DNA from: Podarcis liolepis
Lineage: Eukaryota
NCBI GenBank assembly: GCA_965112155.1
Contig: OZ218101.1
Length of the DNA: 64,000 nucleotides
Reading direction: 5' to 3' (one strand)
Within the stretch, counting starts at the first letter, position 1, and each line of letters begins with the position of its first letter. The translations under genes and the position numbers were made by a program. Of the stretch, positions 10,570 through 22,585 are shown in pieces. The notes under the pieces were generated by a model. The model worked only from the letters and a program-made list of their open reading frames with translations. It made no database searches and had not been told where the DNA came from.

Positions 10570-12506
10570 CACGGCACATCAGCCAACGTCTCACGGCACA
10601 CTAGTGTGCCGCGGAACACCGGTTGGGAAACACTGTCCTAGACATTCAGAAAGCATATCTGGGCTGTGTCACCACCAAGTTCCCAAAACAAAAGGCCTGT
10701 CCAAGCCCTGAATCTCACAACATAACAATGTTTATCCAATATTTAAAGACATTTCTGTATGCCATTGCAAATTCAGGAGCAAATATTCCTTCATAACTTG
10801 CTGTGATGGTAAACATATTATAAAGAGGACCCTAGGCCTAGGACTTTTTTCAGCTAAGCTAGGAGTTGCAGCTGAAGAGCCAAACATGTATACCACTGAA
10901 CTGCATACAGCTAGACAGTCCCATGTTGTGGGGTGGGGGAGAAAGCAAACCTCCCATTTCAGGCGGGGATTTGAAAGAAAAGAGAAAATGGCACAGCTCC
11001 TTCTGTCACTGGCAGCTGGCTTCAGGATACGAGAAGTTATAACCATTTTTCTGTAACTTGACCACTCTTATTCATGCCGGAAGAGCCGCTATGTCTACAA
11101 ATTTCACCCAATTCTGTTAAAATAAAGTTTGAGCCATTTTTTATTTCTAAATACTGACACAGGGGAATTGAACAGATATCAAAAGTACAACAGCTGCCCT
11201 TATGGGGAAAGTACAGCAGCTAGCTGTCTGAAATTTAACTGAGTTCATGCCTCCAGAAGGAGTGACTGCTAATTTAATCAAATTCTGGCCAAAATAATAA
11301 CAAAAACTATAGACAATTCTGGGGTGTGGTTTTTTTTTGGGGGGGTGTCCAGATTAGAGATGGTCGGCTCCCTGGACTATAATTTGATAGGTTTTAGCCA
11401 ATACTCTGTGCAATATTCATCTACTTCTGTCAAAAGTGGAAAGGGTTATCACAGATTTCCAAATAGTGAATGGGGGAAATGAAAGAGACCTGGACTGCGG
11501 AGCCACATCAGACGACCTCCAAATATTGGTCCAGCCCAAATTAAGCTGTTTCACAAAGCACCAAATTGGGGTCCAGACCAATCTTGTGGTCAGCACACTG
11601 ATTTTTAAATCTCTCTGATAAAATTCCACATATAGCATGATTCAGATGTATCCATGTTGGAGATCCTTTGATTCCAATAAGAGTTAAGAACAAGTTTTGA
11701 CTTTTAAGAAGGGCTTTAGCTTGAAATTTAGTATTTGATATTCTGTTGTGCCAGAATATTTATTTTCCTCTGAACCTTCTGTTGCAATAGCCATGGTATT
11801 AATTCAAGGACAAATGCCTGCTTCTTTATAAACTTGAATTAGTAAATTGATCCTCTTTGCCCAGCATGTTTTTAATGAACTCTGAGATAAAATTTGATAA
11901 GTTCATGAAAACAATTACTGGTAAATTAGATAGCACAATGAACAAGAGGCACTAATATAGTAGAAGCTATTCAGTGCATTCAATAAACCCACGTGCACTG
12001 GATTGTGCAAATAAAATTCTACCATACAGTGGCAATTGTATGATGATGCAATGATTAATACTGGATTTGCAATTTTTAAAGGCTTTTATTTGCACCACAT
12101 TCTTGTATGATGTTGCAAGAGGTCAAGAGAACATTCCACTGCAAGGACATATCTGACTACAAATTATCAAAATGAAATTGGGATCAAGGTTCAGGTATCT
12201 GAAATGATGGCAAGTGTAACCACTGGAAAGATATTTCTTTTAAATATATATATGCACATGCCCTGAGACATTTATTATGAGGAGTCATGTCTCAACCTTA
12301 GACACATGGGCTCAAGTCAGCACACTAGGGCTGTCTTCCCACTTACATACAGTCAATTCAATTAATCTGAATGAGGGTCATTTCCATAAATTTGCTTGGA
12401 GTTAAATAGATCCAAGAGAAGGAAAGTATTTTAGAGACTATGCTTAACTTTTAAATAGTCAGTGCTGAAAGTGAAAAAAGCTAGTTCCAATAGATTTATT
12501 ACTTCC

Positions 12507-12578
12507 AATTGGATAGCTCAGTTGGTTAGAGTTGGATCTAGATGATCCACAGGGTCCCTTTCCAATTCTATGATTCTG
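12507..12578 (+). mobile_element. Internally deleted tRNA-head/CR1-tail SINE (Squam2-like)
   Basis: A-box head gatagctcagttggttagag is joined directly to the CR1-type tail ttggatctagatgatcc..ggtcccttt.ccaattctatgattct. Confidence 0.6.
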
Positions 12579-12824
12579 TTTCCTGCCCTGTTTCCTAGGA
12601 GTTCAATGCAGCCATTTTGCCTCAAAGGCCACTCTGTTAAGATAGCCTATGCTGATAAAGACTTGACCAAGGTCACACAGTCTGGCACTCTGACATTCTT
12701 CTAGAATACATTTTTTTCCAGACGAGGTCATTCCTTTTTAACCAGATACCTATTCAGACATGCATACAAATTCAGATGTGCTGTGGTCAAAATCTGACTT
12801 GCAATCAAATGGAATTACCCAAAT

Positions 12825-12971
12825 TTCTTCTTCTTCTTTGACGATCACTCACAGCCAAGTAAGATTGTCTTCCATAAACACAGTTTTAACAATGAGTCCA
12901 TAAGTGACCGTGGAGGCCAATTCTGGATCCACATGTCCTTCCACAGTGGGGACATTGGTTTCCGGGCGGGA
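12825..12971 (-). mobile_element. RTE-clade LINE 3' end with (GAA)n tail
   Basis: Minus strand reads PPGNQCPHCGRTCGSRIGLHGHLWTHC* (the C-terminal C2H2-like motif of RTE ORFs), then a short 3'UTR and a gaagaagaaga tail. Confidence 0.8.
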
Positions 12972-13354
12972 CTCCCCCATAGCTACTGAGGTCCTTTCAC
13001 AAATTCCGCAAAAACAAGTTAGGGATGAGCTTGCAGTATCTCCAAATCTGGGAGAGTTGTGTTCAGCTATTAACCCAAATTTAATCTAGGTCCCAATCAC
13101 AGAACATGTCTGTTTTTTCACAAGAAGCACGTTAATGTCTTGAAGCCCAGAACCACATAGGTGGGACCAATCATATAATTCATTTTCAACTGACCATCAC
13201 CAGATGAGTAGGAAGACAGGGTGACAATCAGGTAAAAGGAACCAGTACTGCTGGTTCTTCCCATATCATTCTGGACTTAATGTACCAGCATGGGGGAAAG
13301 TCATGGACAAACAACTCCTGTGCCACTGAAATAACAGAAGAGCCCCGCTTACAA

Positions 13355-13480
13355 AGCCTTTCTCAACCTTGGGTCCCCATGTGTTATTGAACTACAATAC
13401 CCAACATTGGCCATGTTAGCTAGGAATGGTGGGAGTTGTGGTCCAATAACATCTAGGGACCCAAAGTTGAGAAAGGCAGG
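13355..13480. mobile_element. URR1-like hAT-Charlie MITE
   Basis: Inverted ends gcctttctcaacc / gttgagaaaggc with an internal palindrome aactacaa..ccca...tgggagttgtggtcc. Confidence 0.7.
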
Positions 13481-13492
13481 TGTAGGCTCACC

Positions 13493-13538
13493 TTTTCTTT
13501 TCTTTTCTTTTCTTTTCTTTTCTTTTCTTTTCTTTTTC
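13493..13538. repeat. (TTTTC)n microsatellite
   Basis: Directly visible. Confidence 0.95.
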
Positions 13539-15753
13539 TCCTAGCCTCACCTCACCACTCCCTAAATGATTGACAGCTGTGCAAGCCTTTGCTGGTGCAG
13601 AGAATTCAGCTGGTTTGGCCTCACTTGTGCTGAAGTTCTCGTTGCAGAAGTGCATCTAAACATTTTAAAAGAGATGTAGCATATAACCTGTTTCTAGAGT
13701 GGACACCTATTTATAAATGTTCACACACTATTCAGAGAGTTTCATCCATAAAGAAGTAGAAAAAATGGTTAAGGATAGAATCAAAAGCCTGAAAGATAAG
13801 AGCAAATTTCATATGAATTACAGATCATAGATTATGCATTCACTTTTTGATAAGTAGCCTCTGTAAATATGCCCCTGTGGAGATGCAGTGCAGCTTATCA
13901 ACCCACCTATCCAACTTGATGTTACTTGAATGCAGTGCTGCCAAACTGGGACATGTTTTCCTCCATATATTAAAACTGTTATTATGATTTATCATTGGCA
14001 TTTTTATCCTGCTGTTCTGCTGAAATAGGCTTCCAGAACAGCTTACAAATATCAGTGAGAAGGCAGTCTGTGCCCACAGTAAGAGAGAGGTGACACAAAA
14101 GGAACGGGGAGCAAACGAAAAGCAATACATGCACTTAATGGAGCATTCTTTTCCTTAATTGTTGTATATCACGTCTCCACCCCCACCCCGTTCACATCAT
14201 CATGACTTCATCAGTGCCCCACTTGTTTCCGTTTGTGTACACACCAGGGGACATTGAGAAGGCAGGGGTGTCCTTAGCCTATGCAAATTAGGAATGGCTT
14301 AAGTTTGAGGTTAGTTTGAGTACCAAGGCATCATACAGTCGTATCTTATAATAAAGCACAGGATACATATGCATGTGTGAATGTGGATTAAAAACTCAGC
14401 ACTGGAAAAGCAGTGAGAGTCCAGTAAATGGAAGTGTGAACACATAATTAGTTGCAGAGATCTTGTAGTGAACAGCAAAAATGTAAGCATTTGGGAGATG
14501 AGCCCAAGGTTGCTAGTCTTTCAGTGGTTGAAGTGGTTCTGCCCCATCTTTCTCACTCTCCTATAGCTTGAGCGAAGGTTATTGGTGGCAGTTGAAGGAG
14601 GAGCATGGCGCAACTGGTATTTTGACAGTTACATTTTAAATTAATGAATACATTATTTATATTATATTAATTTGTTAACATTTTGTAACCCAGAAATGCC
14701 TTAATTCTATTGTGGATGCAGTAAAGTCTTTAATGAACGTCTTGCACTGAATGTCTGGAGTCTAGATTGTCCATCATATGTGAGGTTCGAAAGATCACTT
14801 GCAAGCTTATTTGTTTCACGAATGGTAGTGTGAACATAGCAACATGCTTGATTACTTCATACTTTCACAAAGGCAAAGCAGCGTTTAATTTTTTTATTAC
14901 TAATTAAAATGGGGCAATTAACACATTTTCTGTATGTGAAAATGAGGTGATGAGACATGGAAATTACACTACTTCAGAAGCAAACACAAAAGGCCTTTGG
15001 CTACACAATCACAGGTGCTGGCAACTTCCCTCCCCGTCACACTGTTCAGCAGCGCTTACTGTACGAAGAAAGGCTCACACAGCACATGGCCAGCCTCCCT
15101 GCCACTGGCAAGCCTGTGGAGCTTCACAGAAACATTTCATTCCATTTATGATTACCACAAGCAGTGCATTTTCTGTAGAAACAGAAGGTGCCCATACTTG
15201 GATCCTGATAAATTGCTAAATACCTCTCCTCCCCCTCCCCGTTTCTGTTGATTTTGTGATGAACTTTTTTATTAAAAAGTTGATAATAAAATTCAAAATG
15301 TTTACCATTTTATAGATGGTATTTATTACCTTGAATTATATAGAATTAGCAATTAAGACTGCTACCAAAGGCATCAGTCCCAAAATGACCACTGGGAGGT
15401 GTGTGGCACAGCACAGAATTAAGCGAGAGTGGAGTCACTGCTGTTTGCCCCATCCAAACTCGTGCTTAGCATGAGAAGTCGGTGCTGTGCCCTGCTGGTC
15501 CTGTTTGTGACATTCACACATTATTGATTTTCCACACAGAGATGCCAACGCCAACACTGCCTCACCCTCCGTGCGCATACAGTGATGCTGTTATTGCCCA
15601 TTGCAAAAGTTCCATGGGAAATATATGGAGAGGCCATGGCATTCTCTCTAGTACACAAATGGAGCATTCACTTAGCACCCACAAACCTCAGGCACAGAGG
15701 CATCTATCCATCTCACCCACTCAGACTTTACATTTACACAACCACACATATAG

Positions 15754-15756
<3 letters not shown>

Positions 15757-15802
<46 letters not shown>

Positions 15803-15815
15803 AAAACACACACAC
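15757..15815. repeat. Compound (TC)n(AC)n microsatellite
   Basis: Directly visible. Confidence 0.95.
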
Positions 15816-16165
15816 CTTGTATAGATCTCCTCCTCACTATTCAGGTGGACCTCTCCCCCACATACTGTACCTCACATACATATTTCCTTTCCTCTCACAT
15901 GCATACGCACAACTCCCTCCATCGCTCATGCCACAAATAAACCTCTCTATCTCTTACACAAATCTTTAAAGCCACACTTACACATACATTACTTGAGTAT
16001 GTGCACTACTTAAATATGCACAAGTGCGCACACCCCATTCAGAACAGCTCTTCCTTAGGGCCAAGGGAGCACTCGCCACTAGCGTTGCCTGGCTAGAAGA
16101 CCATGGGAGCCTGAATGCAACTGAAAGCCCTGCCACTCCTTCCTTCCCTCCCCAACCTTTAAAGA

Positions 16166-16187
16166 AGCAGCAGCAGCAGCAGCAGCA
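16166..16187. repeat. (CAG)n trinucleotide repeat
   Basis: Directly visible agcagcagcagcagcagcagca. Confidence 0.9.
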
Positions 16188-16690
16188 AGCCCAGTATGGG
16201 GTGAAAGAGGAGCCTGCCAAGCCAGTACATGTGGGGATACCCCTTCTCTCTCTCTCTCCCTCCCTCCCTCCCTCCCCCAATCTCTTTTTTAAAAGCAAGC
16301 CCAGCATGCAACACAGGGGCTCCCTTTTGCTGGCTGGAGCATTAGCCTGGTACCAGAAAGATGGTGCACCTGCCTGAAGAGATCATTCCCAAGGCAGGCA
16401 GCCACTGCAGAAAGGCCCTTTCTTGTGTGGACCCTCTGCACCTCCTTTGGAGGGGGTACCGGAGAAGGAGCTCCAAAGATGGCTGGCCAAGGGTCCAGGC
16501 AGGTTCGTATGGGAAAATACACTATGAAGTAATGGGGTTCCAAGTCATATAAGGCTTAATAGGCTAACACTAGAACCTTGAATTTGAAACCAACTAGCAG
16601 TCAGTGCAGAAGAGCAAGCACCGGTGTTACATGTTTGGACCATCTGGTCTCAGTTATAAGTCTGCACCCTTGTATCTTTATTTTCTAGTA

Positions 16691-16969
16691 CAGTGGTGCC
16701 CCGCAAGACGAATGCCTCGCAAGACGAAAAACTCGCTAGACAAAAGAGTTTTCCGTTTTTTGAGTCGTTCCGCAAGACGAATTTCCCTATGGGCTTGCTT
16801 CGCAAGACGAAACGTCTTGCGAGTTCTTGCGAGTTTGTTTCCTTTTTCTTAAAGCCGCTAAGCCGTTAATAGCCGCTAAGCCGCTAATAACCGTGCTTTG
16901 CAAGACAAAAAAACCGCAAGACAAAGAGACTCGCAGAACGGATTAATTTCGTCTTGCAAGGCACCACTG
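16691..16969. mobile_element. Tc1/mariner MITE, family B
   Basis: TIRs CAGTGGTGCC..GCAAGACGAA / TTCGTCTTGC..GGCACCACTG, TA TSDs (16689-16690, 16970-16971), internal cgcaagacga repeats. Confidence 0.9.
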
Positions 16970-17402
16970 TAGCTACTAAGGAAGAATCTCTAGATTCAAA
17001 ATGCACAAGGCCTTTAATAAACCAATTATTGCGCACTGCTGAGGTTTCTCCCTCTTCCCAGTTCCAGTTCTGCAAATTTCCCAGGAAAGAAACTGGATTC
17101 CTCTTCAACTTTCACACTGTTTACTTCTACGAGAGCTTAAACCTACATGGCCCTGAAATACTCATTTTAGACATGTTGCTTTATAAAATACCAAATTCTT
17201 AAGTGTGCAACTAAAGCAGCTGTCTACATATATTTGCTGATTAAATGCATGCTTTAACTGAACCTCTTACATTGATTCTGGTAGATGCTCAGGTTGCAAC
17301 TTCAGAAAAGATCTGAAAGAAGGAAGTTTCAGAATATTAAGTGTCCGTGCCTTTGAATGTGTTGTGGCAACTTTTCTTTGATGCCTTTAAGGGCACCACA
17401 AA

Positions 17403-17616
17403 GGGCTCATCCACATCTCTGTTTGCCCTGTGGCTTTCCCCTAGGAAAACCAGCAGTTTTGCACTGAGCTGGAACAAATGGCAATTGGCTTTTCCATGGA
17501 TTGCCCTTTGTTCTGATTTAGCGCTAAAGAGCAGGTTTTCTGGGGCAAAGACAAAACCGCTTGGACCAATGCCTAGAAAGCCTGTCTGGAAACCTTTCAG
17601 AAGTGTGGACAAGCCC
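17403..17616. mobile_element. Palindromic PIF/Harbinger-type MITE
   Basis: Ends gggctcatccaca / tgtggacaagccc with a 3-bp AAA flank on both sides and internal dyad symmetry. Related to 42609-42944. Confidence 0.6.
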
Positions 17617-18749
17617 AAAGAGATGTTGAGCTCTGGCGGCATTTAGAATAGGGCAAAATTAGAGAAATGGTAGGTTAATCTGAATAAGAAGTAAAGAAAT
17701 AGGAAATCTGTCCATACCTTAACAGCATCAGGTTCTTTTTCCTTGTGGTCTTTAGAAGTCTTCAGTGTACAGGTCAAATCATTTCTTCTTCAACATATGT
17801 TTAGTAACAGTAACAGATTGACCTGCAATTAAAGAATAAAACATCAATTAAATAATAAAACATTGAATGACTTAACTCATCCAAGCAGTGACCCACATGG
17901 CTGGCTGCTTTTAAGCATGACCATGCGGGGGCGCACTGCAACTGTTTGGGTGGCGCTAATTTCAGCGGTGACTGTGCCCCTTGACACATAGCCTGAATTT
18001 GGCTCTTGCTCTCACTGTGAACACCTGGAGGCCTGTGAAAAGCCCTCCAGCAGCCCCCGACCACAATAGCAATTGTTATTCAGAAGCATATTGCCTGACC
18101 AGGCAGACAGAGCATAGAGGAAAGCATATGCGCAAATCCCCCAGACTTAGAAACCCTTATTCAAAGTAACAAAGGGACATCGGGTGAACTCTGAATTTCC
18201 ATTTCTCTCTAACTTTCCCCACGATGGTCCATCAGTCGCATCCTGTAAGTTCTGACTGGCCAGAGATTGCTTCTGCCGTTGCTGCCACTCTTCAGTAGGA
18301 AAAAAAATGTATTGTGATGTCTTCTGACAGTTCACTCCCTGTGTAGCTAGCCATGTTTTTAGGCTAGAAGACTTTGTGTTAAAGTTAACACCCCTCAAGT
18401 AAGTCTCTTTCTGATGACTGCACCCCTCTCACCCCACCACCTAGTGTGCTCTTTCTCCCCTGAGACTGCTGCAGTCCTCCATGCTCCCCCCCCTTCTTCA
18501 GGCCTGCTCCAATCCTGTGGATGCCCGTGGGAGTTCCTCCTCTTCCCTCCTCACTCTGTATTCCTGCTTCTCAAGTTACGTTTGTTATTTTGCCCTCAGG
18601 GTTAGGATTGCAGGAAGCCAGCATTTTCAAAAGGAAAGGTCTTTTTTCTTTTTTAAATTTTTCTTCAGTAGATTCTGAACACTGCAGGGTTGTGAGTGGA
18701 CTAAGCTCAAAGACAACCTATTAATTCCACGTAGAGCAGCACCCAAAAC

Positions 18750-19125
18750 CTGTAGAGTCTGAAGGGACTCCAAGTGTCATATAGTCTACTCCCCTGCAAT
18801 GCAAGAAACACAACTAAAGAATCCCTTGCAAGCAACCGTCCAACCTGTTTAGAAAACCTCCAATGAAGGAGAGTCAACCACCTTCCAAGATAGTCCCTTC
18901 CATTGTTCAACAGCTCTTGCCATTAGAAACCTATTGCTTATGTTTAGTCAGAATATCCTTTCTTGATTGAAGTCATTGGTTTTCTGTCATTCTGGAGCAG
19001 CAGAGAACAAGCTCGCTCCAACTTCCATTTGTCAGCCCTTTAGATATTTGAAGATGGCTATTATATCACCTCTCAGTCTTCTCTCCTTAAGGCTAAATAT
19101 ACCTCATAAGGCTTGGTCTGGCCTT
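18750..19125 (-). mobile_element. CR1 LINE 3' fragment
   Basis: Closely similar to the CR1 at 36712-37144 (aaaacctcca.tgaaggagagtc, cagccctt.agatatttgaagatggctat.atatc). Confidence 0.85.
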
Positions 19126-20445
19126 TGCCATGATCATTCCTCCCTAGGTCTATCTGGAACACAGGCCATTACTCTCCTTTGGAACTACTAGCAGCTTGCT
19201 CCTCTTTCATGTATTGACCCTTATTTCCCTAATCTCACTGTCTCTGAACCTCCCAATAGTCCAAACCCAAGTAATTTCCATTTCAAGTTTTCCATCTGGT
19301 GTGTTTTAGGCCCATTTCATTTTACCTGGTTGCTTCTTCCCTAGCACTCTGCTACATTCCATATAAGGCAATATCTTCACCTATTCCTATCTCTTTATTC
19401 TTATTGTACAATTCAGACAATGTGGGTGGTTGGGGTATCCTGTAAAACTTACTACTAACCAGCTTACTATTTTATCTTTCTGTAATAGGACTCTAAGCCA
19501 CAATGCTATTTTGCTCTTTGTCTGCCATTTTGTGTAAATAAACTATATTCATTTAAACTGGCATATGTTTGGTTCTTACAGTTGCTGCAAATAAGCAGGG
19601 TATTTCTAAAAGTAATAATGTCCCTTGCAGAAATGTCTGTTGCACACAGTTCTCTCCGGTAAAGTTTCCAAAAATGATTCTTCCACCTACACTTGTGTAA
19701 GATACTGGTTTGTGTGTGTGTATGACACATGAACAGATCTGGTAACAATTGTGAGAACCGGGTGTAGTTTATGGCAAGTTCTGAAATGATGAAAGCATAA
19801 TAACTTCTACACAGACTGGAACTCTCCAGTTGCTCACATTTCCACTTCTAGTCCTGTTTTAATGAATCAGTGTCATTCACAGCCTCTGTTATCACAAAAA
19901 ATCATGTTTGTAGACCTGCTCAAAATTCACACGTGGGTTATACCTCCTTCATAGATTGACATAACCTGCTCAGTAGCAGATATGAGTGACATGTGTCTCT
20001 CCCCCCCCCCCTGCATATACACAAGCCTTTAAGAAAAACTATTGAATTAGTTATTTAACTTTGAAAACAATTTGTATTGTGTTCAATAAATGCAGATAAG
20101 TAATGCATTTGAAAACCTCCCATGCCTCCCTTCCTCTTCATGCTTGTCTGTTAATTTGTTAATTTTTAAAAAGTACTCCTTGCAAAATAATTAGCTCTTA
20201 TGTCTCCTTTAACACTTGAAAGGTTAGAGCAAAAGGAAAAGCAGGGTGCTTTAATTAAAGAATAAATTATTGAATACTTGGTTTTAATTGATGGAGCTCT
20301 TCTGTTATGGTGCATGTTTATAGATATTTTATGGGGATCTGTAATCAAAATCTCTCTCACACAGTGAGCGCCTTTACTGCAGAGGCTAAAAGAAAGAAGG
20401 GGCTCACGTTCAGCCGTTTAATTTCCAAGAACCATGTGAAGTGTG

Positions 20446-20459
20446 GTTGCCATGGCAAC
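20446..20459. promoter_or_regulatory. Perfect palindromic RFX X-box
   Basis: GTTGCCATGGCAAC matches the RFX consensus GTNRCC(N0-3)RGYAAC, within non-repetitive, TAAT-rich sequence. Confidence 0.55.
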
Positions 20460-21639
20460 AAGACACTAATTGCCAACATAAAATCAAAACCAACCTTGAC
20501 TGGATCCAGCAGCTTTGCCAAGACTATAAAATCCTTTTTAAAATATTAAAATTGTGTAACGTTTCCTGCCCAATAAAAATAGGAATTGGTGAAGGGTGTC
20601 CACACCCAGTCTTCCAGCAGAGGAGCCTGCCTGGAAGCCCAGGCTTCGTTTCATGCCATGCTTTGATAGTAGACACCACGCATTATCATGTGAATGGAAA
20701 GAGACTGTCGTTGCTTTCTTAAGGATGTTGGCATCACTGGGAATCGCAAAATACTTTGAAGCAGAATAAAAGGAAGAAACAAAAGACAAAGATGGCAACA
20801 CATTTCCAGAGGGTGGAAGCAAAACAAATCAGGTGGGCATGAGAAAGGGTACTAACATCATGAATACCTCTGGCACTAGCTTGTTAGCGAAGAATCTGAG
20901 ATGCTTCTGGCTAGGAGGACATTAAAGTCCCTTTTGAGAAAGTGGTAAACAGTCAGAAATGCAGCAACACTCTTCAAAACTTTGCAGGTTGACGAGGCCC
21001 TTTTTTCTGTTTTGTTTTGTTTGAATCCTCAGCCCAGATTTTAACTTTCAGAGCCCAGTAGGCCGATTAGGTCACCAGAAGCAAATAACAACATTTTGAT
21101 AATACATTGCCATGGAAACAGAATTTAACTATCAGAAATGGAATCCTTTATGTATTTTTGCATGTTTTCATTCTTCAACCATTTCGTTTCCATGGCTCTT
21201 TTCCAGGACTCTAATTCACCAGGAAATGTTTTCCCTCAGATCAAAGAAATAATTCAGCGGATGCTTCACTCTCTTGTTCCATCTAATGTAAGAGCATGTA
21301 ATCTGTTTTTTCCTTATTGTGTTTTTTGTTTACAGGATAATTAATACAAACAGCTTCCTTGTTGTTCTGCTGTAAACCACTGTTAATGTTCCCTTTTTAC
21401 TCTTATTGCTCATCACTGTATGTGGAATATATTGCAACTTGTGCTAGAGTTGGTTCAAGTATTCCCAAGCAAAAAGGGAATGTGATGACCCCGAGGGACA
21501 AAGGGAAGGTTTATTGGATGCAGTGTATGAATGGAAGCATCTTAAATGGAAGGTCTTTGTTAGCATGAAATTGACTCATCTAAATTTATTTCAAAAGTTG
21601 ACATTTTTTAAAAACAGAAATCCCATTATAATTGGGTGG

Positions 21640-21762
21640 GGGATCTGTGCCCCCCCCAGTGGTTATTGGATGGGAGTTACCCATCAGCCCTAGCCAGCAT
21701 GACCAATGGTCACAGATAATGGGAGCTATAGTCCAACAATATCTAAGGAGCCACAATCCTGC
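21640..21762. mobile_element. Degenerate URR1-like hAT MITE
   Basis: Internal palindrome ..cccatcagccctagccagcat...gataatgggagctatagtccaacaa, similar to 13355-13480. Confidence 0.5.
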
Positions 21763-21901
21763 ATTAGGGATCTTTCCATTGGTTTCCATAACCCCTGTCA
21801 GAGGCAACAAAAGACAAATGATTTGTCTTTCTTCCATCATACAGATGTTCCAAAAAAAGCAAATTACCATGGATCAAGCCCAGCAGAATAGTGGGTTCTT
21901 T

Positions 21902-22585
21902 CGTTGTTGTTTAGTCATTTAGTCGTGTCCGACTCTTCGTGACCCCATGGACCAGAGCACGCCAGGCACTCCTGTCTTCCACTGCCTCCCGCAGTTTGGT
22001 CAAACTCATGCTGGTAGCTTCGACAACACCATCCAACCATCTCATCCTCTGTCGTCCCCTTCTCCTTGTGCCCTCCATCTTTCCCAACATCAGGGTCTTT
22101 TCCAGGGAGTCTTCTCTTCTCATGAGGTGGCCAAAGTATTGGAGCCTCAGCTTCACGATCTGTCCTTCCAATGAGCACTCAGGGCTAATTTCCTTAAGAA
22201 TGGATAGGTTTGTTCTTCTTGCAGTCCATGGGACTCTCAAGAGTCTCCTCCAGCACCATAATTCAAAAGCATCAATTCTTCGGTGATCAGCCTTCTTTAT
22301 GGTCCAGCTCTCACTTCCATACATCACTACTGGGAAAACCATAGCTTTTACTATACGGACCTTTGTTGGCAAGGTGATGTCTCTACTTTTTAAGATGCTG
22401 TCTAGGTTTGTCACTGCATTTCTCCCAAGGGGCAGGCGTCTTTTAATTTCATGGCTGCTGTCACCATCTGCAGTGATCATGGAGCCCAAGAAAGTAAAAT
22501 CTCTCACTGCCTCCATTTCTTCTCCTTCTGTTTGCCAGGAGGTGATGGGACCAGTGGCCATGATCTTCGTTTTCTTGATGTTGAG
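21902..22585 (-). mobile_element. RTE-BovB LINE, 5'-truncated, with an open ORF C-terminus
   Basis: ORF 21911-22561 (FTFLGSMITADGDSSHEIKRR...RIDAFELWCWRRLLRVPW...HGVTKSRTRLND) is the canonical BovB C-terminus, with a (CAA)n tail. No TSD found. Confidence 0.95.

Larger units (their letters stand above)
9178..10635 (-). mobile_element. Non-autonomous hAT (Charlie/Buster-type) DNA transposon carrying captured host DNA (Pack-hAT)
   Basis: Perfect 15-bp TIRs CAGTGTTTCCCAACC (9178-9192) / GGTTGGGAAACACTG (10621-10635). Perfect 8-bp TSD TCCTAGAC (9170-9177 and 10636-10643) with the CTAGA core preferred by Charlie elements. Subterminal ggcacac repeats at both ends and a transposase C-terminal remnant inside. 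Confidence 0.95.

Noticed and set aside
9650-10604. Many long GC-rich ORFs on both strands (for example 9650-10234, 9705-10160, 10016-10552)
   Set aside because: Stop-poor CpG-island sequence gives low-complexity translations. Only the embedded MTELQSALLLRRQLA exon is recognisable.
11400-12240. Possible ancient L1 ORF2 remnant on the minus strand
   Set aside because: Only faint hints are visible (such as FQW..., FRYL), too degraded to support by eye.
16024-16377. ORF with a poly-Q tract
   Set aside because: It is a CAG microsatellite next to CT-rich repeats, with no ATG start or recognisable domain.
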